Shown here piece after piece: positions 40,187-51,841 of a DNA stretch of 64,000 nucleotides; position 1 is the first letter of the stretch; every line of letters starts with the position of its first letter. Source of the DNA: an uncultured Chitinophagaceae bacterium. GTDB lineage: Bacteria; Bacteroidota; Bacteroidia; Chitinophagales; Chitinophagaceae. The stretch is taken from positions 266,841-330,840 of the forward strand of contig CAVULD010000006.1 in assembly GCA_963742225.1 (NCBI GenBank), written 5' to 3'. The notes under the pieces were generated by a model. It made no database searches. It had not been told where the DNA came from and saw only the letters and a list, made by a program, of their open reading frames with translations. A program made the position numbers and the translations under genes.

Positions 40187-40448
40187 GAATTTTTTTTACT
40201 TGATCGCTCGGCAGATGCAACGGGTGCACCGTCAAGCAGCTGTGGGCATTGGACCGAGGTGCTTGATGACCGCAGGCGCTGGCCGCGGGCAGAAATCGGC
40301 GCTCTCCCCTCGGGCTTAGCGCCAAGCTAAGGTAGCAAAAAGGTCCAAGCGCGCGGGCGCTGCTAGGCGAACGGGAGATGGGGCTTGCAGACGGCCAGCT
40401 GATTTTGCCGACCACCCTTTAGCGCAGGGTGGCTTAGCGCTTTTTACC

Positions 40449-40456
40449 TAACTTTG
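40449..40456 (+). promoter_or_regulatory. -7 element TAACTTTG for ccmE-ccmF
   Basis: Exact TAnnTTTG match 19 nt upstream of ATG 40476. Confidence 0.6.
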
Positions 40457-40475
40457 CGCCACAATATAACAAGCT

Positions 40476-40895
40476 ATGAAAAGATTACACGTCGTGCTGC
40501 TTGTTTTTATCGCCATAGCCATTGGTGTACTAGTAAGCTTCATGGGCAATTTATCCTCCTACGAGACCATCGCCTCGGCTAAACGGAAAGAAGGCAAGGT
40601 GGTGACCATCATCGCTCGGCTGGATGCCCACGCACCGATGGTATACGACCCGGTGAAGGACCCCAACTACCTGAGTTTTTATGTCAGCGATTCCCTGGGT
40701 AACAAAGCCCAGGTGGTTTACCATTTTGAAAAGCCTTATGACATGGAGAAGGCCGAGCGCATTGTCCTGAAGGGAAAAATGCAGGGAGACGTATTTGAGA
40801 TTACCCAAAAAGACGGCATATTGATCAAATGTCCCTCCAAATATAAAGACGACCCACAGGCCGCCAAGAAAAACCTAAGTCAAAATCAATATTAA
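40476..40895 (+). CDS. ccmE: Cytochrome c maturation heme chaperone CcmE (Cys-type)
   Basis: N-terminal TM, OB-fold-like core, LIKCPSKY heme-binding motif; directly upstream of ccmF. Confidence 0.88.
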   Translation: MKRLHVVLLVFIAIAIGVLVSFMGNLSSYETIASAKRKEGKVVTIIARLDAHAPMVYDPVKDPNYLSFYVSDSLGNKAQVVYHFEKPYDMEKAERIVLKGKMQGDVFEITQKDGILIKCPSKYKDDPQAAKKNLSQNQY

Positions 40896-40898
40896 GCC

Positions 40899-43349
<2,451 letters not shown>

Positions 43350-43352
43350 CCC

Positions 43353-43366
43353 CTCTCTCTCTCTCT
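43353..43366. repeat. (CT)7 dinucleotide tract
   Basis: ctctctctctctct immediately after the ccmF stop. Confidence 0.9.
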
Positions 43367-43519
43367 GAGCCCCCGCTTGCACTGGTGGTATCCAAGTGGG
43401 CCTTAGATCCCGCCTGGACAGCCCTATATGGGGACAATAATATAACCCTTTGGTCCGGTCACTTACCGGGGTAAACAGTATGAATAGTGAGGATTTATGG
43501 TTACCTTTAATCACCCATA

Positions 43520-44155
43520 ATGCGCCCTGGTTGGACAAAATATTGGCTACTTTGCTTTGCCCTCGTACCCCTGCTCGCGACGAGTACACAGGTATGGGCG
43601 CAACAGGCCCCCGCATCCCCCCAATATGGGCCCAACGATACCCTGCTGGTGCCGATCTATGTGTTCCAGGGCGATACGATTCCAGCCAGGACCCTGGAGA
43701 TGGTTTGGGTGAGCGGTCGCATGACGCCCACCATGCGTAAGCATGTGGAGGAGTGGACCCGCTTGCGTAATGCGGTTTATGTGACTTTTCCCTATGCCCG
43801 TAAAGCCGGCATCATCCTCAATGACATCAATGGAAAACTCGCCCACATGAGTTCGGAGCACGACCGCAAATCCTACTTGAAAGAACGGGAGAAGGACCTC
43901 AAACGGGAGTTTACTGACCCCCTGGAACACCTCTCGGTCTACCAAGGAAAAATACTCATGAAACTCATAAATCGCCAAACAGGCAACGACTGCTACGACA
44001 TCATCAAAGAATATAAAGGAGGCTTCACTGCGCGGTTCTGGCAAACCGTTGCTTTTTTCTTCGACACCAGCCTCAAGCAGCCTTATGATGCAACGGGTGA
44101 AGATTACCAAATAGAGGGCATCGTGCGTGAAGTGGAACGCATGTATCACGGATGA
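43520..44155 (+). CDS. DUF4294 family protein
   Basis: Signal peptide; RNAVYVTFPYAR, LSVYQGKILMKLINRQTG, FWQTVA, IEGIVRE. Confidence 0.8.
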   Translation: MRPGWTKYWLLCFALVPLLATSTQVWAQQAPASPQYGPNDTLLVPIYVFQGDTIPARTLEMVWVSGRMTPTMRKHVEEWTRLRNAVYVTFPYARKAGIILNDINGKLAHMSSEHDRKSYLKEREKDLKREFTDPLEHLSVYQGKILMKLINRQTGNDCYDIIKEYKGGFTARFWQTVAFFFDTSLKQPYDATGEDYQIEGIVREVERMYHG

Positions 44156-44216
44156 TATCCGACTGCGTGTTGCGCCATCCTCCCGCCAAGTCCAATCTGC
44201 ATTGCTTGAGTGCGCC

Positions 44217-44708
44217 TTACAAATTACTAATCTTATCTAGGATCGCTGTCGTGCTAAACCCCTCGACGATCGGATTGATGATGACTTTGCCTCCGCTTGC
44301 TAGGACCTCTTTGGCGCCGACGATTTGATCCATCCGGTAGTCACCCCCCTTTACCAGGACATCGGGCCTAACGGCCAGAATCAGTTCCAGCGGAGTATCC
44401 TGGTCAAAAAGTACCACTAAATCTACCATGAGCAGGGAGGCCAGCAGGGTGGCTCTAGAGCCTTCGGTATTGATGGGGCGGTTGGGGCCCTTCAGCCTGC
44501 GGGCGGATTGATCGGAGTTGAGTCCGACGATTAGGAAATCCGCCTGGCTCGCAGCCTGGGACAGGGAGGCGATATGGCCCTGATGCAAAATATCAAAGCA
44601 CCCGTTGGTGAAGGCGACCGTTTTGCGCATCAGGCGCCACCTAGCCAATTGTTGGGTCAGTTCGGGTAGGGTGACGATCTTAAGTGGAATGATTTGCGAG
44701 CTTTTCAT
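44217..44708 (-). CDS. rfaE2: D-glycero-beta-D-manno-heptose 1-phosphate adenylyltransferase (stand-alone)
   Basis: FTNGCFDILHQGH, GLNSDQS, KGPNRPIN, LVKGGDY, FSTT. Confidence 0.88.
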   Translation of the reverse strand: MKSSQIIPLKIVTLPELTQQLARWRLMRKTVAFTNGCFDILHQGHIASLSQAASQADFLIVGLNSDQSARRLKGPNRPINTEGSRATLLASLLMVDLVVLFDQDTPLELILAVRPDVLVKGGDYRMDQIVGAKEVLASGGKVIINPIVEGFSTTAILDKISNL

Positions 44709-45717
44709 GTCGTTTCTTATTGACTCGGGGCAACAGAATAAAACTTACCACCCCGAAGAGGACAAAACTTAAAAACTGGCCGAACCAAAGCAGCCAACCC
44801 AGGGCCTGCCCGTAGGGCTCTTTCTGAATATGGTAAAAGGCCACGGTTTCCTGGACCAGCAGGGCATAGGCGCCGATACCACCCGGCGAAACGATCATGC
44901 CCAGGCTCCCCATCGCCAGCACCGTTAGTGCGTCAGCCATGGTCAGGGAGCTGGTTTGGCGGATGGCGAAAAAACCACACCAGGTACTCACCAGGTACAA
45001 GGACCAAATGCAGAAAGTGTACAGGAAAAATAGGGGTTTGTTGCGCAGTGAACGCACACTGATCAGGCCATGCCAAACCCCGATCAAGATCGCCTTGAGC
45101 TTTTGGACGATATTGATGTGGCCAAGCCTGCTGATAAGGAATTTGACCACCAACAGCACCAGCAGGCAGGCGCCCAGAATAATCAGGATCTTGGTATAGG
45201 ACGCCCGTCCGCTAGGGCCCTCAAATAAGGGGAATATTGCGGAGGAGACCAGGGCGCTTATCACGTCAAACTGGAACAAAAAGGCCAAGCCAAAGACCAG
45301 CAACAGGCAGATCACATCGAAGGCACGTTCGGCCACGATCGTGCCCACCAGTTTTTCTGCAGGTATTTTTTCATACTGGGCCAGTAGTGTACACTTGACA
45401 ACCTCCCCGACGCGTGGGGCACCCAGGTTGACGAAATAACCGATCATGACGGCCAGGAAAGTGTTTGTTTTGGAAGGGGTGTAGCCCAGTGGGCCCATCA
45501 GTTGCCTCCAGCGCAGGGCCCGTATCCAATGGCTGGCCAAAAGCAGTAGCAGGACCGGCGCCAGAAGCCAGTAATGCGCGCGATGCAGCGCATTTTTCAA
45601 TTGCCTCCAGCGTTCTTGATCCAGATCGCGCAGACTCAGCCATAAAAAAAAGCCAGCCAGTCCGACAAAGATTAGGTATTGTAAAACCGGAAGCATTTTT
45701 TTTCCCATAGATTTCAA
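44680..45717 (-). CDS. Lysylphosphatidylglycerol synthase TM-domain (flippase-like) protein
   Basis: SHWIRALRWRQL, GYFVNLGAPRVGEV, ERAFD, PGGIGAY. Confidence 0.85.
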   Translation of the reverse strand: MKSMGKKMLPVLQYLIFVGLAGFFLWLSLRDLDQERWRQLKNALHRAHYWLLAPVLLLLLASHWIRALRWRQLMGPLGYTPSKTNTFLAVMIGYFVNLGAPRVGEVVKCTLLAQYEKIPAEKLVGTIVAERAFDVICLLLVFGLAFLFQFDVISALVSSAIFPLFEGPSGRASYTKILIILGACLLVLLVVKFLISRLGHINIVQKLKAILIGVWHGLISVRSLRNKPLFFLYTFCIWSLYLVSTWCGFFAIRQTSSLTMADALTVLAMGSLGMIVSPGGIGAYALLVQETVAFYHIQKEPYGQALGWLLWFGQFLSFVLFGVVSFILLPRVNKKRHEKLANHST

Positions 45718-45767
45718 GAATTAACCAGCCCATTGGCCACCCCAGGAGAAAAACCGGATTCCCTGCC

Positions 45768-46112
45768 TTATAGGGTATTTCCCTGTTTCGGGAATACCAC
45801 CCAAGGCTTGAATGTCTTGGCTAGATCAAAGTCCATGGTTGCATAAGAAATGACGATGACGACATCGCCCTCGACGCCGAGCCTTGCGGCCGGTCCGTTT
45901 AGGCAGCATATACCCGAACCACGCCTTCCCGTGATCAAATAGGTTTCCAGGCGAGCCCCATTATTGACGTTGAGGACCTGGACCTTTTCGTTCTCGATCA
46001 GGTTAGCTGCTTCCATAAGGTCTTCGTCCAGAGTAAGGCTGCCCACATAATTCAAGTTCGCTTCGGTAACAGTTAGCCGGTGTATTTTCGATTTTAATAT
46101 TTCTATATCCAT
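45768..46112 (-). CDS. panD: Aspartate 1-decarboxylase
   Basis: KSKIHR, Gly24-Ser25 autocleavage site (YVGS), RLETY, LNGPAAR; TACTTTTG box at 46159-46166. Confidence 0.96.
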   Translation of the reverse strand: MDIEILKSKIHRLTVTEANLNYVGSLTLDEDLMEAANLIENEKVQVLNVNNGARLETYLITGRRGSGICCLNGPAARLGVEGDVVIVISYATMDFDLAKTFKPWVVFPKQGNTL

Positions 46113-46193
46113 GAGCAAATGTCTAAGCACAAAATTTTTGACTAGGAATTGGCAAGTGCAAAAGTAACGATCTATTTTAGTTAATCCTACCAG

Positions 46194-47042
46194 TTAGGGG
46201 TTAAGTAACAGGTTATCGATCAATCTGATCCCATGGAGAAAAGCGGCCACGAGGGCAACGAGTTTTTCCTTTCCGTCCCAGTGGTCCACCCGCCGTAGGG
46301 TAGCGGCGTCGGCGATTTGCACATAGTCTACCAGAAAGCCTTGGCTTTCCAGAAAATCTCTCGCTTGCGCCAGGATAGCGGACAGTCCTCCGGGTTGGAG
46401 CCTCTGTTGGAGTTGCTGTAAAGCTTGGTAGATCGCAGCGGCTTGTTTTCTGTCGCTAGCATGCAGGCGCGCATTGCGGCTACTCATAGCCAGCCCATCG
46501 GGCTCACGCAAAGTCGGGCAGGTGTGCATAGCTACCCGAGGATACGCCTGGTCGATGAGTAGGCGCACCACCAGACATTGTTGAAAATCTTTCTGCCCCA
46601 TAAACAGGTGGTCGGGTTGCACTAAGGACAGTAACCTATGCATCACCTGGCAAACGCCTTGGAAATGCCCCGGCCGTGAACTTCCCTCCAGGATTTGTTC
46701 CAGGTAGCCGAGTTCATAATGCTCCAGGTGGGACAGCCCCTCGGGGTACAGCTGCGCGACGGAAGGCAAAAATAAAATGTCCAACCCATGTTTAGCCAAC
46801 AGGTAGATGTCTTGTTCGAGGTGCACCGGGTATTTTTCAAAATCCGCCGGGTCATTAAACTGCGTAGGGTTCACAAATATGCTGCATACCGTCAGGCCGC
46901 CTTGCTGCTTGGCTTGCTCAAGAAGCGAAAGATGACCCTGGTGCAAGGCCCCCATGGTGGGCACAAAACCAATCAAACGGCCAAAGCGATGTACCTGGGA
47001 GATATAGGCGCTTAAATGCTGCGAAGTTCTGAAACAGATCAT
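46194..47042 (-). CDS. panC: Pantoate-beta-alanine ligase
   Basis: GFVPTMGALHQGH, SIFVNPTQF, SRPGHF, GQKDFQQ, REPDGLAMSSRN, RLIDN. Confidence 0.97.
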   Translation of the reverse strand: MICFRTSQHLSAYISQVHRFGRLIGFVPTMGALHQGHLSLLEQAKQQGGLTVCSIFVNPTQFNDPADFEKYPVHLEQDIYLLAKHGLDILFLPSVAQLYPEGLSHLEHYELGYLEQILEGSSRPGHFQGVCQVMHRLLSLVQPDHLFMGQKDFQQCLVVRLLIDQAYPRVAMHTCPTLREPDGLAMSSRNARLHASDRKQAAAIYQALQQLQQRLQPGGLSAILAQARDFLESQGFLVDYVQIADAATLRRVDHWDGKEKLVALVAAFLHGIRLIDNLLLNP

Positions 47043-47101
47043 GTTCTATGGGTTATATGCCCGCAAAAGCCGCTACAGCGCCAATTCCCGAATAAATACC
47101 T

Positions 47102-47109
47102 TACCTTTG
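47102..47109 (+). promoter_or_regulatory. -7 element TACCTTTG for glycogen-synthase-like gene
   Basis: Exact TAnnTTTG match 42 nt upstream of ATG 47152. Confidence 0.55.
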
Positions 47110-47151
47110 CAAACTGATTTTGGTTAAGTTCCCTCAACAATTTCATCCATA

Positions 47152-47964
47152 ATGGTAACAAAGAAAAGGATTTTATTTATTGCCAATGAAATGTCTCCCT
47201 ACCTAGAGCTGACCGAGTTTGCAGAAACCGTGAACAAGCTGGCCATCAAATCCAACGAAAATAGCTTTGAAGTACGCTGCATTATGCCGCGGTTTGGAGT
47301 TATTAATGAACGACGCCATCGGCTCCATGAAGTAGTACGCTTATCCGGGATCAATGTATCCATTGATAACGACGATTATCCGCTCCAAATCAAAGTCGCT
47401 TCGCTGCCCAATGCTAGGCTGCAGGTGTATTTCCTAGAAAACGAGGACCTGTTCAAACGCAAATTCATCTTCCACGACGAAAAAGATAAATGGTTTGAGG
47501 ATAACGGATTAAGGACTGTTTTCTTCTGTAAAGGGGCCCTGGAAACGGTCAAGAAATTTGGTTGGCCGCCCGATGTCATCCATTGCAGTGGTTGGATGAC
47601 CGGTCTCATTCCCATGTACCTAAAGACCGTCTACAAGAAAGAACCCGTATTTACGCACAGCAAGGTGGTCTATACCATTGGACAGAATACGTTTAAGGAA
47701 AAACTCGGGGCCGATTTTCTAAAATTGGCCAATATCCATCCCACACTCAAGGACAAAGATCTGGACCCCTACGCCGAGGCCAATAATACCGGCATGTTCA
47801 GGGGCGGCGCCACCTACGCAGACGCCATCACGATGGGGGCCGAAAAGATCGACAAGAAGCTAAGCGAGGAATTCGGCAAGATCCGAGGCAAAAAGGTGCT
47901 GAGCTTCAATGCCGAATCCGATTTAACGGATTATTTGCAGTTGTACACGGACCTATGCCAGTAA
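47152..47964 (+). CDS. Glycogen/starch synthase catalytic-domain-only protein
   Basis: RILFIANEMSPY, MPRFG.IN, DVIHCSGW; 270 aa, lacking the second Rossmann domain. Confidence 0.85.
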   Translation: MVTKKRILFIANEMSPYLELTEFAETVNKLAIKSNENSFEVRCIMPRFGVINERRHRLHEVVRLSGINVSIDNDDYPLQIKVASLPNARLQVYFLENEDLFKRKFIFHDEKDKWFEDNGLRTVFFCKGALETVKKFGWPPDVIHCSGWMTGLIPMYLKTVYKKEPVFTHSKVVYTIGQNTFKEKLGADFLKLANIHPTLKDKDLDPYAEANNTGMFRGGATYADAITMGAEKIDKKLSEEFGKIRGKKVLSFNAESDLTDYLQLYTDLCQ

Positions 47965-47998
47965 GGCAGTTTTTGGCTACACGTGCTCGCCTCAACTA

Positions 47999-48032
47999 TT
48001 TGTGAAAATTACCATTTCAGCTATTATCTTTG
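47999..48032 (+). promoter_or_regulatory. Candidate metK promoter: TTTG (47999-48002) and TATCTTTG (48025-48032)
   Basis: Both Bacteroidota elements are present; the 22-nt spacer is slightly longer than usual. Confidence 0.55.
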
Positions 48033-48120
48033 CGACGAAAAATTCCATTAATCGATATACAGGTTTGATTAATGGTTTTTTATTTCCGTTATTTAATCAA
48101 TCCCAAATCTGATAATTACC

Positions 48121-49374
48121 ATGCCTTATTTATTTACTTCTGAGAGCGTTTCAGAGGGTCATCCGGATAAAATTGCCGACCAGATTTCCGATGCGCTGAT
48201 TGATCATTTTCTCGCCTTTGATCCGCAATCCAAGGTGGCCTGCGAAACCCTGGTCACAACCGGCCAGGTAGTGCTCGCCGGCGAGGTGAAAAGCAAGGCC
48301 TACCTAGATGTACAGGAAATTGCCCGCAGCGTGATCCGGCGCATAGGGTATACCAAGAGTGAATACATGTTTGAAGCCAATTCCTGCGGTATTCTGTCGG
48401 CTATCCACGAACAGTCGGCCGATATCAACCAAGGGGTGGACCGAAAGAAGAAGGAGGAGCAAGGTGCAGGGGACCAGGGGATGATGTTCGGTTACGCAAA
48501 TAACGAAACGGATGACTACATGCCGCTGGCGCTGGATCTGGCGCACAAACTGTTGCTGGAGTTGGCCGTACTGCGCCGGGAAAATAAGCAAATCAAATAC
48601 CTGCGGCCGGATGCGAAGAGCCAAGTAACGCTCGAATACGACGACAACAATATTCCTGTACGCATCGACGCCATCGTCGTATCGACACAGCACGACGATT
48701 TTGACACCGAGCAAAAAATGCAGGAGAAAATAAAAAAGGATATCGTGGGGATACTCATCCCTCGAGTGAAGGAAAAATACAAGAAATACGCGCGCCTCTT
48801 CGATAATCAAATTAAGTACCACATCAATCCGACGGGTAAATTCGTCATCGGTGGCCCACATGGAGATACGGGGGTCACGGGCCGCAAAATTATTGTAGAT
48901 ACTTATGGCGGCCGGGGCGCCCATGGCGGCGGAGCATTCAGTGGCAAAGACCCATCCAAAGTCGATCGCAGCGCGGCCTACGCTACACGGCATATTGCCA
49001 AAAACCTGGTTGCGGCGGGCGTGGCCAGCGAGGTATTGGTGCAGGTGTCCTATGCCATCGGCGTGGCTCAGCCTACCTCGATCAATGTCAAAACCTTTGG
49101 CACAGCCAAGGTGGATCTGACGGACGGCGAAATCGGTAGCGTGGTCCAACAATTGTTTGACATGAGGCCGTATTTTATCGAAAGTCGGCTGAAACTGCGT
49201 AACCCCATCTATAGTGAAACGGCGGCCTATGGCCATATGGGACGCAAGCCCCAAATAGTGGAAAAGACCTTTGTTTCTCCCGATGGCAAAGTAGTCAAAA
49301 AGAAAGTCGAGTTGTTTACCTGGGAAAAATTGGACTACGTAGCCAAGGTCAAAAAGGCCTTTGGTTTGAAATAA
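48121..49374 (+). CDS. metK: S-adenosylmethionine synthetase
   Basis: [49 protein letters not shown]. Confidence 0.98.
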   Translation: MPYLFTSESVSEGHPDKIADQISDALIDHFLAFDPQSKVACETLVTTGQVVLAGEVKSKAYLDVQEIARSVIRRIGYTKSEYMFEANSCGILSAIHEQSADINQGVDRKKKEEQGAGDQGMMFGYANNETDDYMPLALDLAHKLLLELAVLRRENKQIKYLRPDAKSQVTLEYDDNNIPVRIDAIVVSTQHDDFDTEQKMQEKIKKDIVGILIPRVKEKYKKYARLFDNQIKYHINPTGKFVIGGPHGDTGVTGRKIIVDTYGGRGAHGGGAFSGKDPSKVDRSAAYATRHIAKNLVAAGVASEVLVQVSYAIGVAQPTSINVKTFGTAKVDLTDGEIGSVVQQLFDMRPYFIESRLKLRNPIYSETAAYGHMGRKPQIVEKTFVSPDGKVVKKKVELFTWEKLDYVAKVKKAFGLK

Positions 49375-49401
49375 GCTTCTTCGTCAGACCTTCAGCCAAG
49401 C

Positions 49402-49433
49402 GGGGTCCGGGATTGAGTCCTGGACCCTGTTTG
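49402..49433 (+). terminator. Probable intrinsic terminator after metK
   Basis: 10-bp stem GGGTCCGGGA/TCCTGGACCC (one G-U), 5-nt loop, followed by TGTTTG. Confidence 0.55.
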
Positions 49434-49476
49434 CATTAGGAAGGGTGGCGGTCATTCAGGAATACTTTATTTTCGG

Positions 49477-50043
49477 GTGATGAACAACCACCCGAATCCA
49501 TGGAAGGTGCTGGCCCAAAAGCCCATTTATGAGAATGATTGGATCCGTTTGACCGAATACGACGTTATCAATCCTAATGGTGGCCATGGGATCTACGGCA
49601 AGGTCCACTTTAAGCATGTGGCCGTCGGTGTGCTGGCCCTGGATCAGGACTTCAACACGTACCTGGTCGGGCAATTCCGCTTTCCGCTGGGTCAATACAG
49701 CTGGGAAATACCCGAGGGTGGAGCCGAAGACGGGGAAAATCCTTTGGACGCCGCCAAAAGAGAGCTGGAGGAGGAAACCGGGATTCGGGCGGGGATGTGG
49801 TCGGGTCTGCTTTCGATGCACCTGTCCAATTCAGTCAGCGATGAATATGCCTTGGTTTTCCTGGCCAGGCAACTGGAGCAGCATCACCCCGTACCGGAGG
49901 CAACTGAAAAACTGGAAATAAAAAAAATACCCTTTGACGAAGCTTACCGGATGGTAGAACGCGGCGCCATAACCGATTCCATGAGCGTTGCGGCGATCTT
50001 GCGCATCCAGCTCAGGCTTGTGGAGGGAGGATTGGACGGATGA
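49477..50043 (+). CDS. NUDIX hydrolase (ADP-ribose pyrophosphatase-like)
   Basis: Nudix box GGAEDGENPLDAAKRELEEETG. Confidence 0.92.
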   Translation: MMNNHPNPWKVLAQKPIYENDWIRLTEYDVINPNGGHGIYGKVHFKHVAVGVLALDQDFNTYLVGQFRFPLGQYSWEIPEGGAEDGENPLDAAKRELEEETGIRAGMWSGLLSMHLSNSVSDEYALVFLARQLEQHHPVPEATEKLEIKKIPFDEAYRMVERGAITDSMSVAAILRIQLRLVEGGLDG

Positions 50044-50073
50044 GCCGGCAGCGGGGGAGTACAAACCAAGGTC

Positions 50074-50823
50074 ATGAAAAAATCATCTATATTAATCGGC
50101 CGACAGCCCTTGATTGAAGCGATCGAGTCTGGTCGGGCCATTGACAAGATTTTATTTCAGCGGGGTGTGAGCGGTGAATCGATTGGAGAAATCCGCAAGT
50201 TGGCTGAAATAAACCATATTCCCATTCAACAAGTCCCGCCCGAGAAACTGCACAGCTATACCCGGGCCAATCACCAGGGTGTCGTGGCCATTGCTGCGCT
50301 GGTTGCCTACCTGGATTTGCAACAGGTTATTGATTGGGTAGTATCGAGCGGCTTAGTTCCCTTGTTTGTCATGCTAGATGGCGTTACCGATGTACGCAAC
50401 ATCGGCGCTATCGCCCGCTCTGCCCTGTGCTGTGGATCGCAGGCGCTAATTATACCGGATAAAGGGGTGGGCGCTTTGAATGAAGAAGCGCTCAAATCAT
50501 CGGCCGGTGCGCTGGAAATCATTCAGATTTGCCGCGTAAATAGTCTGCTTAAGGCCATCGATACGATGCGCATGAATGGAATTCAGATCTTCACCAGCGA
50601 ATTGCAAGCGACTTTGCAAGTGTTCGAACTGGACCTGGCACAACCTAGTTGCATTGTCATGGGAAGTGAAGACAAGGGAATACAGCCCTATCTCAGCAAG
50701 GCGGCCACCGCTCGTTTCAGTATACCCATGACCGGTAGTTTTAATTCCTTGAATGTTTCCGTTGCTGCGGGCATTATCCTTTACGAAGCGATGAGAAAGA
50801 GAATGGGTCCCCCTCAGGGGTAG
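50074..50823 (+). CDS. rlmB: 23S rRNA Gm2251 2'-O-methyltransferase
   Basis: NHQGVVA, LDGVTDVRNIGAIARSA, MGSEDKG, SLNVSVAAGI. Confidence 0.92.
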   Translation: MKKSSILIGRQPLIEAIESGRAIDKILFQRGVSGESIGEIRKLAEINHIPIQQVPPEKLHSYTRANHQGVVAIAALVAYLDLQQVIDWVVSSGLVPLFVMLDGVTDVRNIGAIARSALCCGSQALIIPDKGVGALNEEALKSSAGALEIIQICRVNSLLKAIDTMRMNGIQIFTSELQATLQVFELDLAQPSCIVMGSEDKGIQPYLSKAATARFSIPMTGSFNSLNVSVAAGIILYEAMRKRMGPPQG

Positions 50824-50877
50824 GCCATGCGGCTGCGGTAGCTCTGCCGAATGCCTGGTTTGGCGTATTTTCGCCTG

Positions 50878-51759
50878 ATGGACGAGCAAAGGATCAACGT
50901 TTTGGATGGCCCAGTCTCCTTGGTGGAATGCCCGCGCGACGCCATGCAAGGCTGGGATAACCTGATCCCCACAGACAAAAAAGTCATCTACCTCAATCAA
51001 TTGCTAAAAGTCGGATTTGATGTGCTCGACTGTGGGAGCTTCGTTTCCCCCAAAGCGATCCCACAGATGGCGGACACCAAGGACGTATTGGAACAACTTT
51101 CGGTGGCTCATGGGGGTACTCAACTGCTGACCATCGTGGCCAATGCCCGGGGAGCGGAGCAAGCTGCAGTTTTCCCAGCCATCCGGTTTGTTGGTTTCCC
51201 GTTTTCGGTATCTGAAACATTTCAGCAAAGAAATACAAACAGCTCGATTGCCGCGTCGCTGGAGCGCGTGCGTGCAATCCAAGGCATCTGTGAAAAGGCA
51301 GCCAAACGACTCGTGGTGTACCTGTCCATGGGATTTGGAAACCCCTACGGCGATCCCTATTCCGCCGAACTTGTCTACGGCTGGGTGGAGCGCCTGGCAG
51401 CCCTGGGTGTGCGAATTTTCTCTTTGGCCGATACCGTAGGGGTGGCTACAGCCGAGCAGGTATACAGCGTGACGGGCCACCTGATTCGGGCTTTCCCTAC
51501 CTTGCAAATAGGTGTCCATCTACACTCCCGGCCCGAGCGTTGGCAAAGTAAAATTGATGCAGCACTGCGCGCCGGATGCAGGCGATTTGATGGCGCGATT
51601 GGTGGATTCGGCGGCTGTCCCATGGCGGGAGATCACCTCGTCGGCAATATGAATACCCAATGGATGGTCACCCATTTTGAAGCACTGGGCCTGGTGACGG
51701 GAATCGACAAGCTCATGCTTCAACGCAGCGCAGATCTGGCGGCGAAGATTTTTGTCTAA
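50878..51759 (+). CDS. Hydroxymethylglutaryl-CoA lyase
   Basis: ECPRDAMQG, GSFVSPKAIPQMAD, LADTVG, HLH, GGCP, GNMNT. Confidence 0.93.
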   Translation: MDEQRINVLDGPVSLVECPRDAMQGWDNLIPTDKKVIYLNQLLKVGFDVLDCGSFVSPKAIPQMADTKDVLEQLSVAHGGTQLLTIVANARGAEQAAVFPAIRFVGFPFSVSETFQQRNTNSSIAASLERVRAIQGICEKAAKRLVVYLSMGFGNPYGDPYSAELVYGWVERLAALGVRIFSLADTVGVATAEQVYSVTGHLIRAFPTLQIGVHLHSRPERWQSKIDAALRAGCRRFDGAIGGFGGCPMAGDHLVGNMNTQWMVTHFEALGLVTGIDKLMLQRSADLAAKIFV

Positions 51760-51841
51760 GGACAATGAATCCTGAAGGGTCAGCCCGGCATGTGACACGC
51801 AAGAACATCGCGGACAAGCAAATCAACCAAGCACTATATAG

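Noticed and set aside
47965-48120. Known SAM riboswitch upstream of metK
   Set aside because: No SAM-I or SAM-II core recognised; reported instead as an unclassified hairpin switch.
48304-49254. 316-aa ORF antisense to metK
   Set aside because: Lies entirely within metK on the opposite strand with typical shadow-ORF composition; no motifs or independent promoter.
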